This document shows, piece after piece, positions 30,360 through 42,573 of a stretch of 64,000 nucleotides of DNA. The notes under the pieces were generated by a model, which did not search any database, was not told the DNA's origin, and was given only the letters and a program-made list of their open reading frames with translations. Location of the stretch: assembly GCA_965225945.1 (NCBI GenBank), contig CBDDBZ010000028.1, forward strand, positions 84,104 to 148,103, given 5' to 3'. How positions within the stretch are numbered: the stretch's first letter is position 1; every line of letters starts with the position of its first letter. Source of the stretch: Alphaproteobacteria bacterium (GTDB taxonomy: Bacteria; Pseudomonadota; Alphaproteobacteria; GCA-2731375). The position numbers and the translations under genes are program-made.

Positions 30360-31511
30360 TCAGATCGGGCAGCGGCGAGCGGCCGGTCCGCTCGTGAGCC
30401 TCGGCAACGTCGCCTCCAGCCAACCTCGGATCATGGCCCTGAGAGCGATGCCGCGGCGCATCATGGCGTTGTCCAAGGCGAACCAGTCGCCGTTGGTGAC
30501 GACGACGAGATCGCGGGCCGGCACCACGTGGAGCGTTTGATCGCCGTAGCCCCGGGCGATCAGCACACGATGGCCGGCCACGGTGTCCAACCACCAGAGA
30601 TAGCCGTAACCGAATTCGCCGCCATGCACCTCGGCGGGGAGTGTGCGGGCGCGTTCGCGGCCGCTTTCCTCGATCCAAGCGGCGGGCAGGATCCGCCGGC
30701 CGCCGAGCATTCCCTCCCGCGCATAGAGCTGGGCGAAACGGGCCAGATGTCGCGGCGTCATCGAAATCTCGATCCCGCCGAAATGGCGGCCCGTCGCATC
30801 CCGCTCCCAACGGCTCACGACGATTCCCGCCGGCCCGAACAAAGCCGTCTGGGCATATTCGGCGAGGCTCCGCCCACTGGCCGTGGCGACGGCGACGCCC
30901 AGGAGATGGGCGTTGCCGGTGCCGTAGCGATATCGGCTGCCCGCCGGGAAGACGCGTTCGCGCTCGAGGAGCGCCAGCGCCGGATCCGAGCTGGAGCGCC
31001 ACTCGAAGTGATTGAAGTCGAACTCGGTGCTGGCCAGCCCGGAGGTCATGGTCAAGAGGTGGCGAAGCGTGATCGGCGGCCGGTCGCCCGCCAGGCGCAC
31101 CGCCAATTCCGGCGGCAGCAGTTCCGCCACCGGTCGGTCGAGATCGCCAATCAGGCCGTCGCGCAGCGCCGCGCCGACGATCGCCGAGGTCACGCTCTTG
31201 GCGACCGAATGCAGGGGCTGCGCGTCGCCCTGGGCGTGGTCCTGGCGATAGTGTTCCGCCACCAGGCAACCGTTCCGCGCGACGAGGAAGGCACGGATGA
31301 AGCCGAGCTTGCCGATCGCCGCCGCCAGGCCACGGAGCCGGGCCGGATCGAGTCCCACCTCGGCCGGCCGCGCCACTTGCCAGCCCGCCCCGGCCGCTTG
31401 ACCGGCCAGCGGCGGCGCCGAGTCCTTGAAAGCCGTGGCGCAACAGGCCAGCAGCAACGCCATGACCGGCGGCGCGAACCGTCCAGCCCCGCCTCCACGA
31501 CTCGCCGCCAT
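30360..31511 (-). CDS. serine hydrolase, beta-lactamase class C-like
   Basis: HSVAKS (SxxK), LRHLLTMTSG, YRY, YGYLWW; start position uncertain. Confidence 0.87.
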   Translation of the reverse strand: MAASRGGGAGRFAPPVMALLLACCATAFKDSAPPLAGQAAGAGWQVARPAEVGLDPARLRGLAAAIGKLGFIRAFLVARNGCLVAEHYRQDHAQGDAQPLHSVAKSVTSAIVGAALRDGLIGDLDRPVAELLPPELAVRLAGDRPPITLRHLLTMTSGLASTEFDFNHFEWRSSSDPALALLERERVFPAGSRYRYGTGNAHLLGVAVATASGRSLAEYAQTALFGPAGIVVSRWERDATGRHFGGIEISMTPRHLARFAQLYAREGMLGGRRILPAAWIEESGRERARTLPAEVHGGEFGYGYLWWLDTVAGHRVLIARGYGDQTLHVVPARDLVVVTNGDWFALDNAMMRRGIALRAMIRGWLEATLPRLTSGPAARRCPI

Positions 31512-31649
31512 TAGCCGCCCCTGGGCCCGCCGCTCGCCCCTTGACCCGATCCGGCCCGCAGAGTAGGGGAGTTGCCCCGCCCAAGCCAGAAGGCCGTCGC
31601 CACACGACCCGGACCCGGGGCCGCCACGGCCAGCCCGAGGGATGCGAAG

Positions 31650-32528
31650 ATGCCCGAACAACTGGTGGGACCGACCTCTCACATCTACTATTCGCAACGC
31701 CTGCGCCTCCACTATGTCGACTGGGGCAATCCCGAGGCGCCGCCGCTCCTATTGGTGCACGGCGGGCGCGACCACTGCCGCAACTGGGACTGGGTCGCCG
31801 AGACGCTGCGCCACGACTACCACATCATCGCCCCCGACCTGCGCGGCCACGGCGATTCGCAGTGGATGATCGGCGGCGGCTACGTGCTGGCGGACTTCGT
31901 CTACGACATCGCGCAACTGGTGCATCAGACCCGGTTGGCGCCGCTCAACATCGTCTCCCACTCGTTGGGTGGGATGATCAGCCTCGCCTTTACCGGGCTC
32001 TATCCTAAGAAGGTCCGCCGCCTGGTGGCGATCGAGGGGCTGGGCCTGCCGCCCGAGCACGAGGCGGAACTGCTCGGGCGGAGCACCGACGAACGGCTGG
32101 ACCAATGGATCGGCGAACTGCGCGAATTCTCCGCCCGCCAGCCCCGGCGCTATCCGAGCTTGCGCGAGGCCTGGGAGCGGATGCAGGCGGCGAACCCACA
32201 TCTGAGCCCGGAGCAGGCGCGCCACCTGACGATGCACGGCGTCAACCAGAACGAGGACGGCACCTATAGCTGGAAGTTCGACAACTACACCCGGGTGATC
32301 GCGCCGCACGGCCTCTCTCCCGGCCGAATTCGCGACCTCTGGAGCCGGATCGAATGTCCGACGCTGCTGGTCCGTGGCAACGAGAGCTGGGCCGGCGATC
32401 CCAACCTCGACGGCCGGCTGGAGAGCTTCCACACCGCCGAGGCCGTCAACATCGACGCCGCCGGCCACTGGGTCCACCACGACCAGCTCGACGCGTTCCT
32501 GGGATTGGTCCGGGAGTTTTTGGCGTAA
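31650..32528 (+). CDS. alpha/beta hydrolase
   Basis: LVHGG, PDLRGHGDS, SHSLGG nucleophile elbow, AGHWVHHD. Confidence 0.9.
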   Translation: MPEQLVGPTSHIYYSQRLRLHYVDWGNPEAPPLLLVHGGRDHCRNWDWVAETLRHDYHIIAPDLRGHGDSQWMIGGGYVLADFVYDIAQLVHQTRLAPLNIVSHSLGGMISLAFTGLYPKKVRRLVAIEGLGLPPEHEAELLGRSTDERLDQWIGELREFSARQPRRYPSLREAWERMQAANPHLSPEQARHLTMHGVNQNEDGTYSWKFDNYTRVIAPHGLSPGRIRDLWSRIECPTLLVRGNESWAGDPNLDGRLESFHTAEAVNIDAAGHWVHHDQLDAFLGLVREFLA

Positions 32529-32547
32529 AGGAAACCGCGGCGCCCCC

Positions 32548-33036
32548 TCAGCCACCGCTCTCGGCGGCGAGGAGGGCGCACCAGTCGGGACGGCGGCCGC
32601 CGTCGTAGGCGCGGGCGTGGCCACTTCGGAGCATCTCTCGGGCGAAATCGCGGTTCCGTGCATCGAGCACCCGGGCCAGGACCCGGCCCGCGAATTTGCC
32701 GTATCGAATGTCCAGCAGCCAAACCTCGCCGGTGCCGGCGAGGACGGCGAGCCGCTGCTTGGCGGCGGCGGCGGCGGCGCGTTCCTCGGGGCAACGGCCG
32801 CGCCGTTCCGGCGTGTCGATGCCGGCCAGCCGGACCCGGATGCGGACCTCTTGGCCGAGCCAGATGCGTGCCCTGACATCGAGGCTATCACCGTCGATCA
32901 CCTCCAGAACGCGGGCGGGAAGCGGACCCGGCAGGGTTTCCGTCGCCAGCGGGCCGGCCAGCAAGGCGACGACGAGGCCGACCGAAATGGCAAGCAGGGG
33001 AGCGAACGTCCGAGAAAGATAGCGCAGAGGTTGCAT
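32548..33036 (-). CDS. thermonuclease (SNase) family protein
   Basis: VIDGDS, RVRLAGIDTPE, GKFAGRVLA; N-terminal hydrophobic segment. Confidence 0.9.
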   Translation of the reverse strand: MQPLRYLSRTFAPLLAISVGLVVALLAGPLATETLPGPLPARVLEVIDGDSLDVRARIWLGQEVRIRVRLAGIDTPERRGRCPEERAAAAAAKQRLAVLAGTGEVWLLDIRYGKFAGRVLARVLDARNRDFAREMLRSGHARAYDGGRRPDWCALLAAESGG

Positions 33037-33126
33037 GAAATTATATATTCTTCGTGCGTGAAAATCGATCACTACCGTATTAGTCGATAATATATCGTAT
33101 GACTACGCCTTAATAGAGAAAATTCA

Positions 33127-33141
33127 AAACATATCACGAAC
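33127..33141. promoter_or_regulatory. possible alphaproteobacterial LexA box
   Basis: AAAC-N7-GAAC, one mismatch to GAAC-N7-GAAC, in the AT-rich region upstream of the nuclease. Confidence 0.4.
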
Positions 33142-33273
33142 TCGTGATTTGGAAACCGGCCAGCGTGGGTCGTTTCCGCTCACCCCGCCGCCGCCTTCGC
33201 TTGCGCCCGGCCGGCAATCTCCGCAAGATCCGCCCGGACGGGAGGGGCCCGGCCGCGCGGGAAAGCGGGAGCG

Positions 33274-35322
33274 ATGGCGAAATCGGGCGGCATGGAGGCG
33301 CGCTACGTGATCGGCATCGACGTCGGCGGCACCTTCACCGACGTGCTGTGCCACGATCTTGCGACCGGCGCGCTCCGCGAGGCCAAGGTGCCCTCGCTGC
33401 CCGACCGGCAATGGCAGGGCGTGCTGGCGGCGATCGACGCGCTGGGTATCCGGGCGGCGGAGATCGGCGCCTTCGTCCACGGCACCACCATCGCCACCAA
33501 CGCGCTGCTGGAGCGCAAGGGCGCCAAGACCGGCTTCGTCACCACCGAGGGCTTTCGCGACACGCTGGAGATCGGTCGCACCAGACGGCTGGTCGGCGGC
33601 CTCTTCGATATCGGTTTCCAGCGCGAGCCGCCGGTGGTCAAGCGCCGTCACCGGCTGGAGGTGGCCGAGCGCATCGCCGGCGACGGCACGGTACTGAGGC
33701 CGCTCGACGAAGCGGCGCTGGGCGCGATCGCCCAGCACTTCCGGGCCGAGGGAATCGAGGCGGTGGCGATCGGCTTCATGAACGCCTATGTCGAGGACGG
33801 CCACGAGCGTCGGGCGGCGGCGCGCCTGGGCGAACTGCTGCCGGACCTGCCGATCTCGACCTCGGCCGCCCTGGTCCGCGAGCGCGGCGAATACGAGCGC
33901 TTCTCGACCGCCGCGCTCAACGCCTATCTGACACCGACGTTTCGGCGCTATATGAAAGCCTTGCGCGACGCGCTCCGAGAAGCCGGGATCCGCTCGCCGG
34001 TCAGCATCATGGGCTCCAACGGCGGCGCCATGACACTCGAGCGGGCGGCGGACTTCGTCGTCGGCACCTTTCTCTCCGGCCCGGTCGGCGGCGTCGTCGG
34101 CGCGCTCCGCATCGCCGAGGCGATGGATCTAGACGATTGCATCACCTTCGACATGGGCGGAACCAGCACCGATGTCGCACTGATCCACGGCCGGGCGCCG
34201 CGCATCCGCCACGCCAACCAGATCGACGCCTTTCCGCTCCAGATCCCGGCGCTCGACATCCACACCATCGGCGCCGGCGGCGGCAGCATCGTCCACCTGG
34301 GCCCCGACGGCACGCTGGAGGTCGGACCCCGGAGCGCCGGCGCGGTGCCCGGGCCCGCCTGCTATGGCCGGGGTGGCGAGGACGCGACGATTTCCGACGC
34401 CAATCTGTTGCTCGGCCGCCTGCCGAGCGAGCGGGCCTTGAGCGGCGGGCTGCGTCTGGCGCGCGAGGCGGCGCTCGCCGCCTTTCGCCGGCTGGAGCCC
34501 CAGGGCGAGGGGACGGCCGCCATCCGCCTCGCCGACGGGGCGGTGCGTCTGGCGGTCGCCAAGATGGCGGGCGCGGTGCGCGAGGTCTCGGTGCATCGAG
34601 GCTTCGATCCCCGCGCCTTCGCGCTCGTCGGCTTCGGCGGCGCCGGGCCGATGCACGTGCTGATGGTGGCGGGAGAGCTGGCGATCGCCCGGGTGCTGAT
34701 CCCGCGCCTGCCGGGCCACCTCTCCGCCCTCGGCCAGCTGCTCGCCAATCTGCGCCGCGACTTCGTCCGCCCCTGGGGCGGCCGGCTGTCCGAATTGAGG
34801 CCGGCGGACCTGGCGGTCGTGGCGGCGGAAATGCGGGCGGACGGCGAGGCTCGCCTCGCCGCCGACGGCATCGCGGAAGACGCGCGCGGGCACCAATTCA
34901 GCCTCGACATGCGCTATGCCGGCCAGTCCTTCACCCTCGCCGTCCCCTGGGCACCGGGCGAGAGCGATTGGGGCCCCACCCGCCGTGCCTTCGACCAGCG
35001 CCACGAGGCGACCTTCGGCTTCGCCGACCAGGAGAACGACGCGGAGATCGTCAACCTCCGGCTGGTCTCCATCGGCGAGACGGAAAAGCCCGAGGTGGCG
35101 CTCGCCACAGCGGCGACGGGCGCGCTCGAGTTGGAGCGCCGAGCGGTCTGGTTCGACGGCGGCTTCGCCGATTGCCCCATACTCGCCCGCGACGCCATGG
35201 CCGAGGGGCTGAGCTTCGAAGGCCCCGCGATCGTCGAGGAGGCGGGGGGGACAACGGTGGTGCCGCCCGGCTGGCGGGTCGAGGTCCATCCCTCCGGCAC
35301 GCTCGATTGCCGACGGGCCTGA
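33274..35322 (+). CDS. hydantoinase/oxoprolinase subunit A (HyuA-like)
   Basis: IDVGGTFTD, HGTTIATN, FDMGGTSTD, TIGAGGGS, PGPACYG. Confidence 0.93.
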   Translation: MAKSGGMEARYVIGIDVGGTFTDVLCHDLATGALREAKVPSLPDRQWQGVLAAIDALGIRAAEIGAFVHGTTIATNALLERKGAKTGFVTTEGFRDTLEIGRTRRLVGGLFDIGFQREPPVVKRRHRLEVAERIAGDGTVLRPLDEAALGAIAQHFRAEGIEAVAIGFMNAYVEDGHERRAAARLGELLPDLPISTSAALVRERGEYERFSTAALNAYLTPTFRRYMKALRDALREAGIRSPVSIMGSNGGAMTLERAADFVVGTFLSGPVGGVVGALRIAEAMDLDDCITFDMGGTSTDVALIHGRAPRIRHANQIDAFPLQIPALDIHTIGAGGGSIVHLGPDGTLEVGPRSAGAVPGPACYGRGGEDATISDANLLLGRLPSERALSGGLRLAREAALAAFRRLEPQGEGTAAIRLADGAVRLAVAKMAGAVREVSVHRGFDPRAFALVGFGGAGPMHVLMVAGELAIARVLIPRLPGHLSALGQLLANLRRDFVRPWGGRLSELRPADLAVVAAEMRADGEARLAADGIAEDARGHQFSLDMRYAGQSFTLAVPWAPGESDWGPTRRAFDQRHEATFGFADQENDAEIVNLRLVSIGETEKPEVALATAATGALELERRAVWFDGGFADCPILARDAMAEGLSFEGPAIVEEAGGTTVVPPGWRVEVHPSGTLDCRRA

Positions 35323-35473
35323 AGCTTTGTGCCGCCGAACCGAACCGCCCGCTCCCGCGCCACTCTTTTTCAAAGGCCGCTCGCGCGGCCCACCGGGAGA
35401 GCGGGGCGGCCGGGACTTACGTCGATTGGTATCTTGCCCTTTGGCATCACCGGAAGACGTCGACGAACCGTCG

Positions 35474-36049
35474 TCAGGCGTGGCCGGCGTCGAGCGAGAG
35501 AAAGGAGGGATCGATCCCCATCTTCTGGATCGAGCGCGCCCATTTGCCGTCGAGATCGTCGTCGAACACCAACTCGACGTCGGAGGCCACGTGCAGCCAG
35601 CCGTTGGCCTGGATCTCGGCGTCGAGCTGTCCGGGCGACCAGCCGGCGTAGCCGAGCGCCAGCATGCTCCGCGTCGGCCCTTCGCCGCAAGCGATCGACT
35701 TCAAGATGTCCGCCGTCGCCGTCAGACCGAACTCCTCGTCCACCCGAAGCGTTGATTCCTGGCTGTAGTCCGTGGTGTGGAGCACGAAACCGCGCCCGGT
35801 CTCGACCGGGCCGCCGGTATGCACGTTGATCTCGCGGTGTGACGACGGGACCTCGATCTGCAACTGCTGCAGCAGGTCGCGAAACGACACCTGGTCGGCG
35901 ATCCGATTGACGATCAGGCCCATCGCGCCCTGCTCCGAATGGGCACACATGAAGATGACGCTGCGTTGGAACCGCTCGTCCCCCATCGACGGCATCGCGA
36001 CCAGAAGCTGGCCGTCGAGATAACCGGATTTGGTCTGATAGGTGCTCAT
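35474..36049 (-). CDS. YqgE/AlgH family protein
   Basis: LLVAMPSMGD.RF, GAMGLIVN, GGPV, LGYAGW..GQL, AGHA terminus. Confidence 0.93.
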   Translation of the reverse strand: MSTYQTKSGYLDGQLLVAMPSMGDERFQRSVIFMCAHSEQGAMGLIVNRIADQVSFRDLLQQLQIEVPSSHREINVHTGGPVETGRGFVLHTTDYSQESTLRVDEEFGLTATADILKSIACGEGPTRSMLALGYAGWSPGQLDAEIQANGWLHVASDVELVFDDDLDGKWARSIQKMGIDPSFLSLDAGHA

Positions 36050-36221
36050 CTCGCCCCGCGAAGTTCTGCTCTCGACATGCTACACCAATGCGCGGAGAAC
36101 TGTTTCCGTTTTTTTGCCGCGGGCTTTCGCTGTCGAGGCGGGCGGGCCGCTCACGACAAGTTCAGCCGCCAACCGCCTCGCGAGCTCGGCCCCGACCCCA
36201 TATGATGAGCGGAGTTTCGCC

Positions 36222-37094
36222 ATGCGAGTGGAGCAGCGAATGCGGTCTCGACTTTGTCTTCCGGGCCTCTGGCTCGCCCTCTCGGCGGAGCTCGCGCTCG
36301 GCTCCGCCGGCGGCGCGGCGGCGCAGCAGTCGGACTGGGTCGGCATCGACGAGACCAAGGCGCGCCTGATCGCGGCGGCGAGCGCCGTCGACGGCCAGCG
36401 CGGGCTCAACCTCGGGTTGCAGTTTCGGCTCGCCCGGGGCTGGAAGACCTATTGGCGCAGCCCGGGCGAGGCGGGAATGCCGGCGCAGCTCGATTGGACC
36501 GGCTCCGAGAACGTCGCCGGGGTCGAATTGCTCTGGCCACTGCCCGAGCGCTTCACCGCCTTCGACCTCGAAACCTACGGCTATGGTGGCGAGGTGGTGC
36601 TGCCGATCCGGCTCGCCGTCGCCGATCCGGCGCTCGGGCTATCGGCCCGGGTTCTCGTCTTCTATCAGGTCTGCCACGAGATCTGCATTCCGGTGGAGGC
36701 CGAGCTCCGGCTCGACCTGCCGGCGGCGGGTGGCGGCTCCAGCATCCACGCGGAGACCATCGCCCGCTATCTGGCGCGGGTGCCGGCGCCGGAGGGTGGG
36801 CCCTTCGAATTTTCCGAGGTCCAGCTCGACGGCGCGCCAGGTGCCCAGGTGCTGCGCTTCACCATTCGCGGCGAAGACGGGCTGGAGGCGCCGGAAATTT
36901 TGCTGGAGGCGCCCTATCCCTTCGGCTTCGGCGCGCCCGTGATCCGCCTCGCCACCGACGGCGAGCGGGCCGAAGTGGCGGTGCCGGTGCGCGCGCTGGC
37001 GAGCGACGGGACGCTCGCCGCCCATCCGGTGACCGTGACCCTGGTCGACGGCGCCCGCGCCGGCGAGAAAACCCTCCTGTTCGCCACGCATTGA
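36222..37094 (+). CDS. protein-disulfide reductase DsbD N-terminal domain protein
   Basis: GWKTYWRSPGEAG, CHEICIP; signal peptide. Confidence 0.88.
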   Translation: MRVEQRMRSRLCLPGLWLALSAELALGSAGGAAAQQSDWVGIDETKARLIAAASAVDGQRGLNLGLQFRLARGWKTYWRSPGEAGMPAQLDWTGSENVAGVELLWPLPERFTAFDLETYGYGGEVVLPIRLAVADPALGLSARVLVFYQVCHEICIPVEAELRLDLPAAGGGSSIHAETIARYLARVPAPEGGPFEFSEVQLDGAPGAQVLRFTIRGEDGLEAPEILLEAPYPFGFGAPVIRLATDGERAEVAVPVRALASDGTLAAHPVTVTLVDGARAGEKTLLFATH

Positions 37095-37220
37095 CGGCCG
37101 GCCCGCCATGCCGGTGGTTCTCAATCCCGAGCCCGAGCGCTATAAGGCCATCGTGATCAAACCGACCAAGGTCCGAGGCGGACCGGCGGTTCGGCGCCAG
37201 CTAGCGAAGGAAACGAAACC

Positions 37221-37706
37221 ATGACGATCAATCCCGGCGACCCCATGCCCGAGGGGCAGCTCATGACGATGACCGACGGAGGCCCGCAACCGGTCTCAAC
37301 CGGCGATCTGTTCGGAGGCAAGACGGTGGTCCTGTTCGGAGTGCCCGGCGCCTTCACGCCCACCTGCTCGGTCAAGCACTTGCCGGGCTTCATCGAGAAC
37401 GCCGCCGCCTTGAAGGCCAAGGGCGTCGATACCATCGCCTGCATGTCGGTCAACGACGCCTTCGTGATGGGCGCCTGGGGCAAGGAGCGCAACGCCGGCG
37501 AGGCGGTGATGATGCTGGCCGACGGCAGCGCGGAGTACGCCGCCAAGCTCGGCCTGACGCTCGACCTCTCAGGCCGCGGCATGGGCATGCGCGCCACTCG
37601 CTTTTCGATCCTGGTGGAAAACGGCGTGGCCAAGACCGTCAACATCGAATCGAATCCGGGCGAAGCCGACGCCTCCGGCGCCGAGACCATGCTGGGCCAG
37701 GTCTGA
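37221..37706 (+). CDS. peroxiredoxin (Prx5 type)
   Basis: VPGAFTPTCS..HLPG, SVNDAFVM. Confidence 0.95.
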   Translation: MTINPGDPMPEGQLMTMTDGGPQPVSTGDLFGGKTVVLFGVPGAFTPTCSVKHLPGFIENAAALKAKGVDTIACMSVNDAFVMGAWGKERNAGEAVMMLADGSAEYAAKLGLTLDLSGRGMGMRATRFSILVENGVAKTVNIESNPGEADASGAETMLGQV

Positions 37707-37950
37707 CCCGCGCGGGCGAGACCACGATGAAGTCGAAGTGACGGGCCTTCGTCGCCTTCCCCCAGGGACCGTGGCGCGGCCAGACTAGCGCGTTACGCCG
37801 CGCGGGCGAATCGCGCCGCTACCGCCCGGCTTGAAATTTGCCGGCGAAAGCCACATCTTGGGCGCCGCCGGGGCGAGACCAATCGGCGCCCCGGAACGCA
37901 CACCGATCCAGCGGCACGATATCCAGCCGGACGAAGAACGGAACCAAACG

Positions 37951-39087
37951 ATGAGCGTCAGACCCTATCGCGACATCGATCGCCGGCAGAGCCGGCAAAT
38001 CCATGTCGGGAACGTGGCCGTCGGTGGCGATGCACCGATCACCGTGCAGTCGATGACAAACACGCTGACCCATGACGTCGACGCCACGGTGGCGCAGATC
38101 CACGGCCTGGAGGAAGCAGGCGCCGATATCGTCCGCGTCTCCTGTCCGGACCAGGCCTCGTCGCTGGCGTTGAAGGACATCGTCGCCCGGGTCGAGGTGC
38201 CGATCGTCGCCGACATTCACTTCCACTACCGCCGCGCCATCGAAGCGGCCGAGAGCGGAGCCGCTTGCTTGCGCATCAACCCGGGCAACATCGGCTCCGA
38301 GGACCGGGTGCGCGAGGTGATCAAGGCGGCCAAGGATCACGGCTGCTCGATGCGGATCGGCGTCAACGCCGGCAGCCTGGAACGAGACCTGCTGGAGAAA
38401 TACGGCGAGCCCTGCCCCGAGGCGATGGTCGAAAGCGCCCTCGACCACGCCCGCATCCTACGGGACAACGATTTTCACGAGTTCAAAATCTCGGTGAAGG
38501 CCTCCGACGTCTTTCTCGCCGTCGCCGCCTATCAGCAACTCGCCGAGGCGATCGACTGCCCGCTGCATCTCGGCGTCACCGAGGCCGGCGGCCTCAGGGG
38601 CGGCACGGTCAAGTCCTCGGTCGGCCTCGGCATGCTGCTCTGGTCGGGGATCGGCGATACCATCCGGGTATCGCTCTCGGCCGAACCGGTGGAGGAGATC
38701 CACGCCGGCTACGAGATCTTGAAGTCGCTCGGACTGCGTCGGCGCGGCGTCACCATCATCTCCTGCCCCTCCTGCGCGCGCCAAGCCTTCCCGGTGATAA
38801 AGACGGTGGAGATCCTGGAAGAGCGGCTGGCCCATATCCAGACGGCGATGACCCTCTCGATCATCGGCTGCGTGGTCAACGGGCCGGGCGAGGCGCGCGA
38901 AACCGACGTCGGCCTCACCGGCGGCGGTCGCGGCAACCATATGGTCTATCTCGCCGGCCTCGCCGATCACAAGATCGAGGACGAAGGGCTGGTCGACCAC
39001 ATCGTCGCCCTGGTCGAGGACAAGGCGGCGGAGTTCGAGACGGCCGAGCAGGCGGCCGAGGCGCTCGCCTCGGCCGCCGCCGAGTGA
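37951..39087 (+). CDS. ispG: HMBPP synthase IspG
   Basis: [49 protein letters not shown]. Confidence 0.97.
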   Translation: MSVRPYRDIDRRQSRQIHVGNVAVGGDAPITVQSMTNTLTHDVDATVAQIHGLEEAGADIVRVSCPDQASSLALKDIVARVEVPIVADIHFHYRRAIEAAESGAACLRINPGNIGSEDRVREVIKAAKDHGCSMRIGVNAGSLERDLLEKYGEPCPEAMVESALDHARILRDNDFHEFKISVKASDVFLAVAAYQQLAEAIDCPLHLGVTEAGGLRGGTVKSSVGLGMLLWSGIGDTIRVSLSAEPVEEIHAGYEILKSLGLRRRGVTIISCPSCARQAFPVIKTVEILEERLAHIQTAMTLSIIGCVVNGPGEARETDVGLTGGGRGNHMVYLAGLADHKIEDEGLVDHIVALVEDKAAEFETAEQAAEALASAAAE

Positions 39088-39106
39088 GGAATTTCGGGGC
39101 CGAGTC

Positions 39107-40368
39107 GTGACGACGCTACAGCCGGTACGCGGCACCCATGATCTGCTCGGCGACGCGGCGCGACGGCACGCCCATGTGATCCGGACGGCCCGCGCGCTCG
39201 CCCATCGCTACGGCATGGAAGACCTCGACACCCCGATCTTCGAATTCACCCAGGTCTTCGCCCGTACCCTGGGCGAGGGCTCGGACGTGGTCAGGAAGCA
39301 AATGTACAGCTTCGCCGATCGCAGCGGGGACGAGATCACGCTCAGGCCCGAGTTCACCGCTGGGATCGCCCGCGCCTTCATCTCCGGCGGCATGCGCCAG
39401 CACCTGCCCTTGAAATTCTTCGCCGCCGGGCCGGTATTCCGCTACGAGCGGCCGCAGAAGGGCCGGCAGCGCCAGTTCCACCAGATCGACGCGGAGATCC
39501 TGGGGGTGGAGGGGCCGCAGGCCGACATCGAGGTAATCGCCCTCGGCCACGATATCCTCGTGGCACTCGGCATCGCAGGAAAATGCCGGCTGGAGATCAA
39601 TTCGCTGGGCGATCCGGCGAGCCATGCCGCCTACCGCGAGGCATTGGTCGAATACTTCTCCGCGCATCGCGACGCCTTGTCGGCGGACAGCGTCGATCGC
39701 CTGGCCCGCAACCCCCTCAGGATCCTCGATTCGAAAGATGCGAAGGACCAGGCCCTGGTGGCCGAAGCGCCGGAAATCGAGGCCTATCTGAACCCGAATT
39801 CGCGAGAGTTTTTCGAGGCCGTGAAGCAGGGGCTCTCGGCCCTCGGTATCGATTTCGCCCTCAATTCGCGCCTGGTCCGGGGCCTCGACTATTACACCCA
39901 CACCGCCTTCGAGTTCGCGACCGATGCGCTGGGCGCCCAGGGCGCGGTGCTGGCGGGCGGTCGCTACGACGGCCTGATCGAGATGCTGGGCGGGCCGGCG
40001 ACGCCGGGCATCGGCTGGGCCGCCGGGATCGAACGGCTGGCGATGTTGCTGGAGGCGGTGCCGGACGAGCCCCGGCCGATCGCCCTGGTGCCGCTCGGCG
40101 CCCAAGCGGAGGCGGCGGCGATGCGCCTCGCCCATCAGCTCAGGCGCGAGGGCTTCCATGTCGAGCATGGCTATCGCGGCAACCTCGGGCGCCGGCTGAA
40201 GCGGGCCGACAGGCTGAACGCGCGGGTCGCGGTCATCCTGGGCGAGGACGAGCTGGCCCGGGACGTGGCGACGCTCCGCGATCTCGACCGCAGCGTACAG
40301 AGGGATGTGCCGCTCGACGGGTTGGTCCAGGCGCTCGCACCTTACCGCGAGGACTGCGGAGAGGGTCC

Positions 40369-40372
<4 letters not shown>
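39107..40372 (+). CDS. hisS: histidine--tRNA ligase
   Basis: [37 protein letters not shown]. Confidence 0.97.
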
Positions 40373-41442
<1,070 letters not shown>

Positions 41443-41448
41443 TTATCG

Positions 41449-42339
41449 ATGACCGACGCCGGAACCGTGCGCGCGGCCTTGAGCGAAGGCACCCGACGGC
41501 TCGCCGCCGCCGGCGTCGAGAACCCCGGCGGGGACGCGCGGCTGCTGCTCGCCTCGGTGCTGGAGGGAGATCGTCTGACCCTGTTGCGCGAGGCGGAGAG
41601 TCGTTTGGAGTCCGGGCTCCGGGCGCGCTTCGACCGGGCGATCGAGCGGCGCGCCGCCGGCCGCCCGGTCTCTCGCATCCTCCGCCGACGCTGGTTCTGG
41701 GGCCTGGACTTCGAGATCGACGACCACGTCCTCGACCCGCGCCCCGAGAGCGAAAGCTTGATCGAGGCGGTGCTGGATCGCGTCGAGGGCGAGGCGCCGC
41801 TCCACATCCTCGATCTCGGCACGGGCTCCGGCTGCCTGCTGCTGGCGCTGCTGAGCGAGCTCGAGGCGGCCCGGGGACTCGGCATCGATATCGACCCGGC
41901 GGCCCTGGTTCGCGCCCGGGCCAACGCCGAGGCCCTGGGCCTGGCCGCCAGGGCCGAGTTTCGCCGGGGCGATTGGGGCGCCGGTCTCGACGCCCGCTTC
42001 GACATCATCCTCGCCAACCCGCCCTATGTCCGCAGCGGGGAGATCGACGGGCTGGCGCCGGAGGTCGCCCGACACGATCCGCGCCGGGCCCTCGACGGCG
42101 GCCCCGACGGCCTCGACGCCTATCGCGCGATCGCGCCCTGGCTGGCGCGCCTGCTGGCGCCGGGCGGCCTCGCGGCAATCGAATGCGGCGCCGGACAGGC
42201 GCCGGCGGTGGCTGGCCTGGTCGCCCAGGCCGGCCTGCCGGCGACGGCGACCCGCGCCGATCTCGCCGGCATCGACCGTTGCCTTCTTGCCGCGGCGGAG
42301 AAAGAATCTATCGCTCGTTCGAATAAACGCTTGGAATGA
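41449..42339 (+). CDS. prmC: release factor glutamine methyltransferase
   Basis: PRPESE, LDLGTGSG, NPPY; follows prfA. Confidence 0.95.
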   Translation: MTDAGTVRAALSEGTRRLAAAGVENPGGDARLLLASVLEGDRLTLLREAESRLESGLRARFDRAIERRAAGRPVSRILRRRWFWGLDFEIDDHVLDPRPESESLIEAVLDRVEGEAPLHILDLGTGSGCLLLALLSELEAARGLGIDIDPAALVRARANAEALGLAARAEFRRGDWGAGLDARFDIILANPPYVRSGEIDGLAPEVARHDPRRALDGGPDGLDAYRAIAPWLARLLAPGGLAAIECGAGQAPAVAGLVAQAGLPATATRADLAGIDRCLLAAAEKESIARSNKRLE

Positions 42340-42573
42340 CGACCGCCGCGCGCTAGGTTGTCGTCCGATGTTCCCGATGGAATGTTTGGTGGTCGCGCGG
42401 ACTGGATTTGCCGAAAGGTGCGAGTCACGGCGACTGGTGAGGGCATCGACGAGACTTGCGGCGATGCCGAACTTCGATACCCGACGGCGATGTGCTTCCG
42501 ATGGCGAATGCCATCTGGCAGACCGGCATGACGCAGGGTAATTGGACACAGCAGCGAAACATAAGATAGCGGA

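Noticed and set aside
30360-31511. Antibiotic-resistance beta-lactamase
   Set aside because: The motifs fit the broad serine hydrolase family; there is no specific evidence for beta-lactam activity.
37830-37858. CTTGAA-N15-CCACATCT as a sigma32 promoter for ispG
   Set aside because: Plausible, but not distinguishable by eye from a housekeeping promoter, so it is not listed as a feature.
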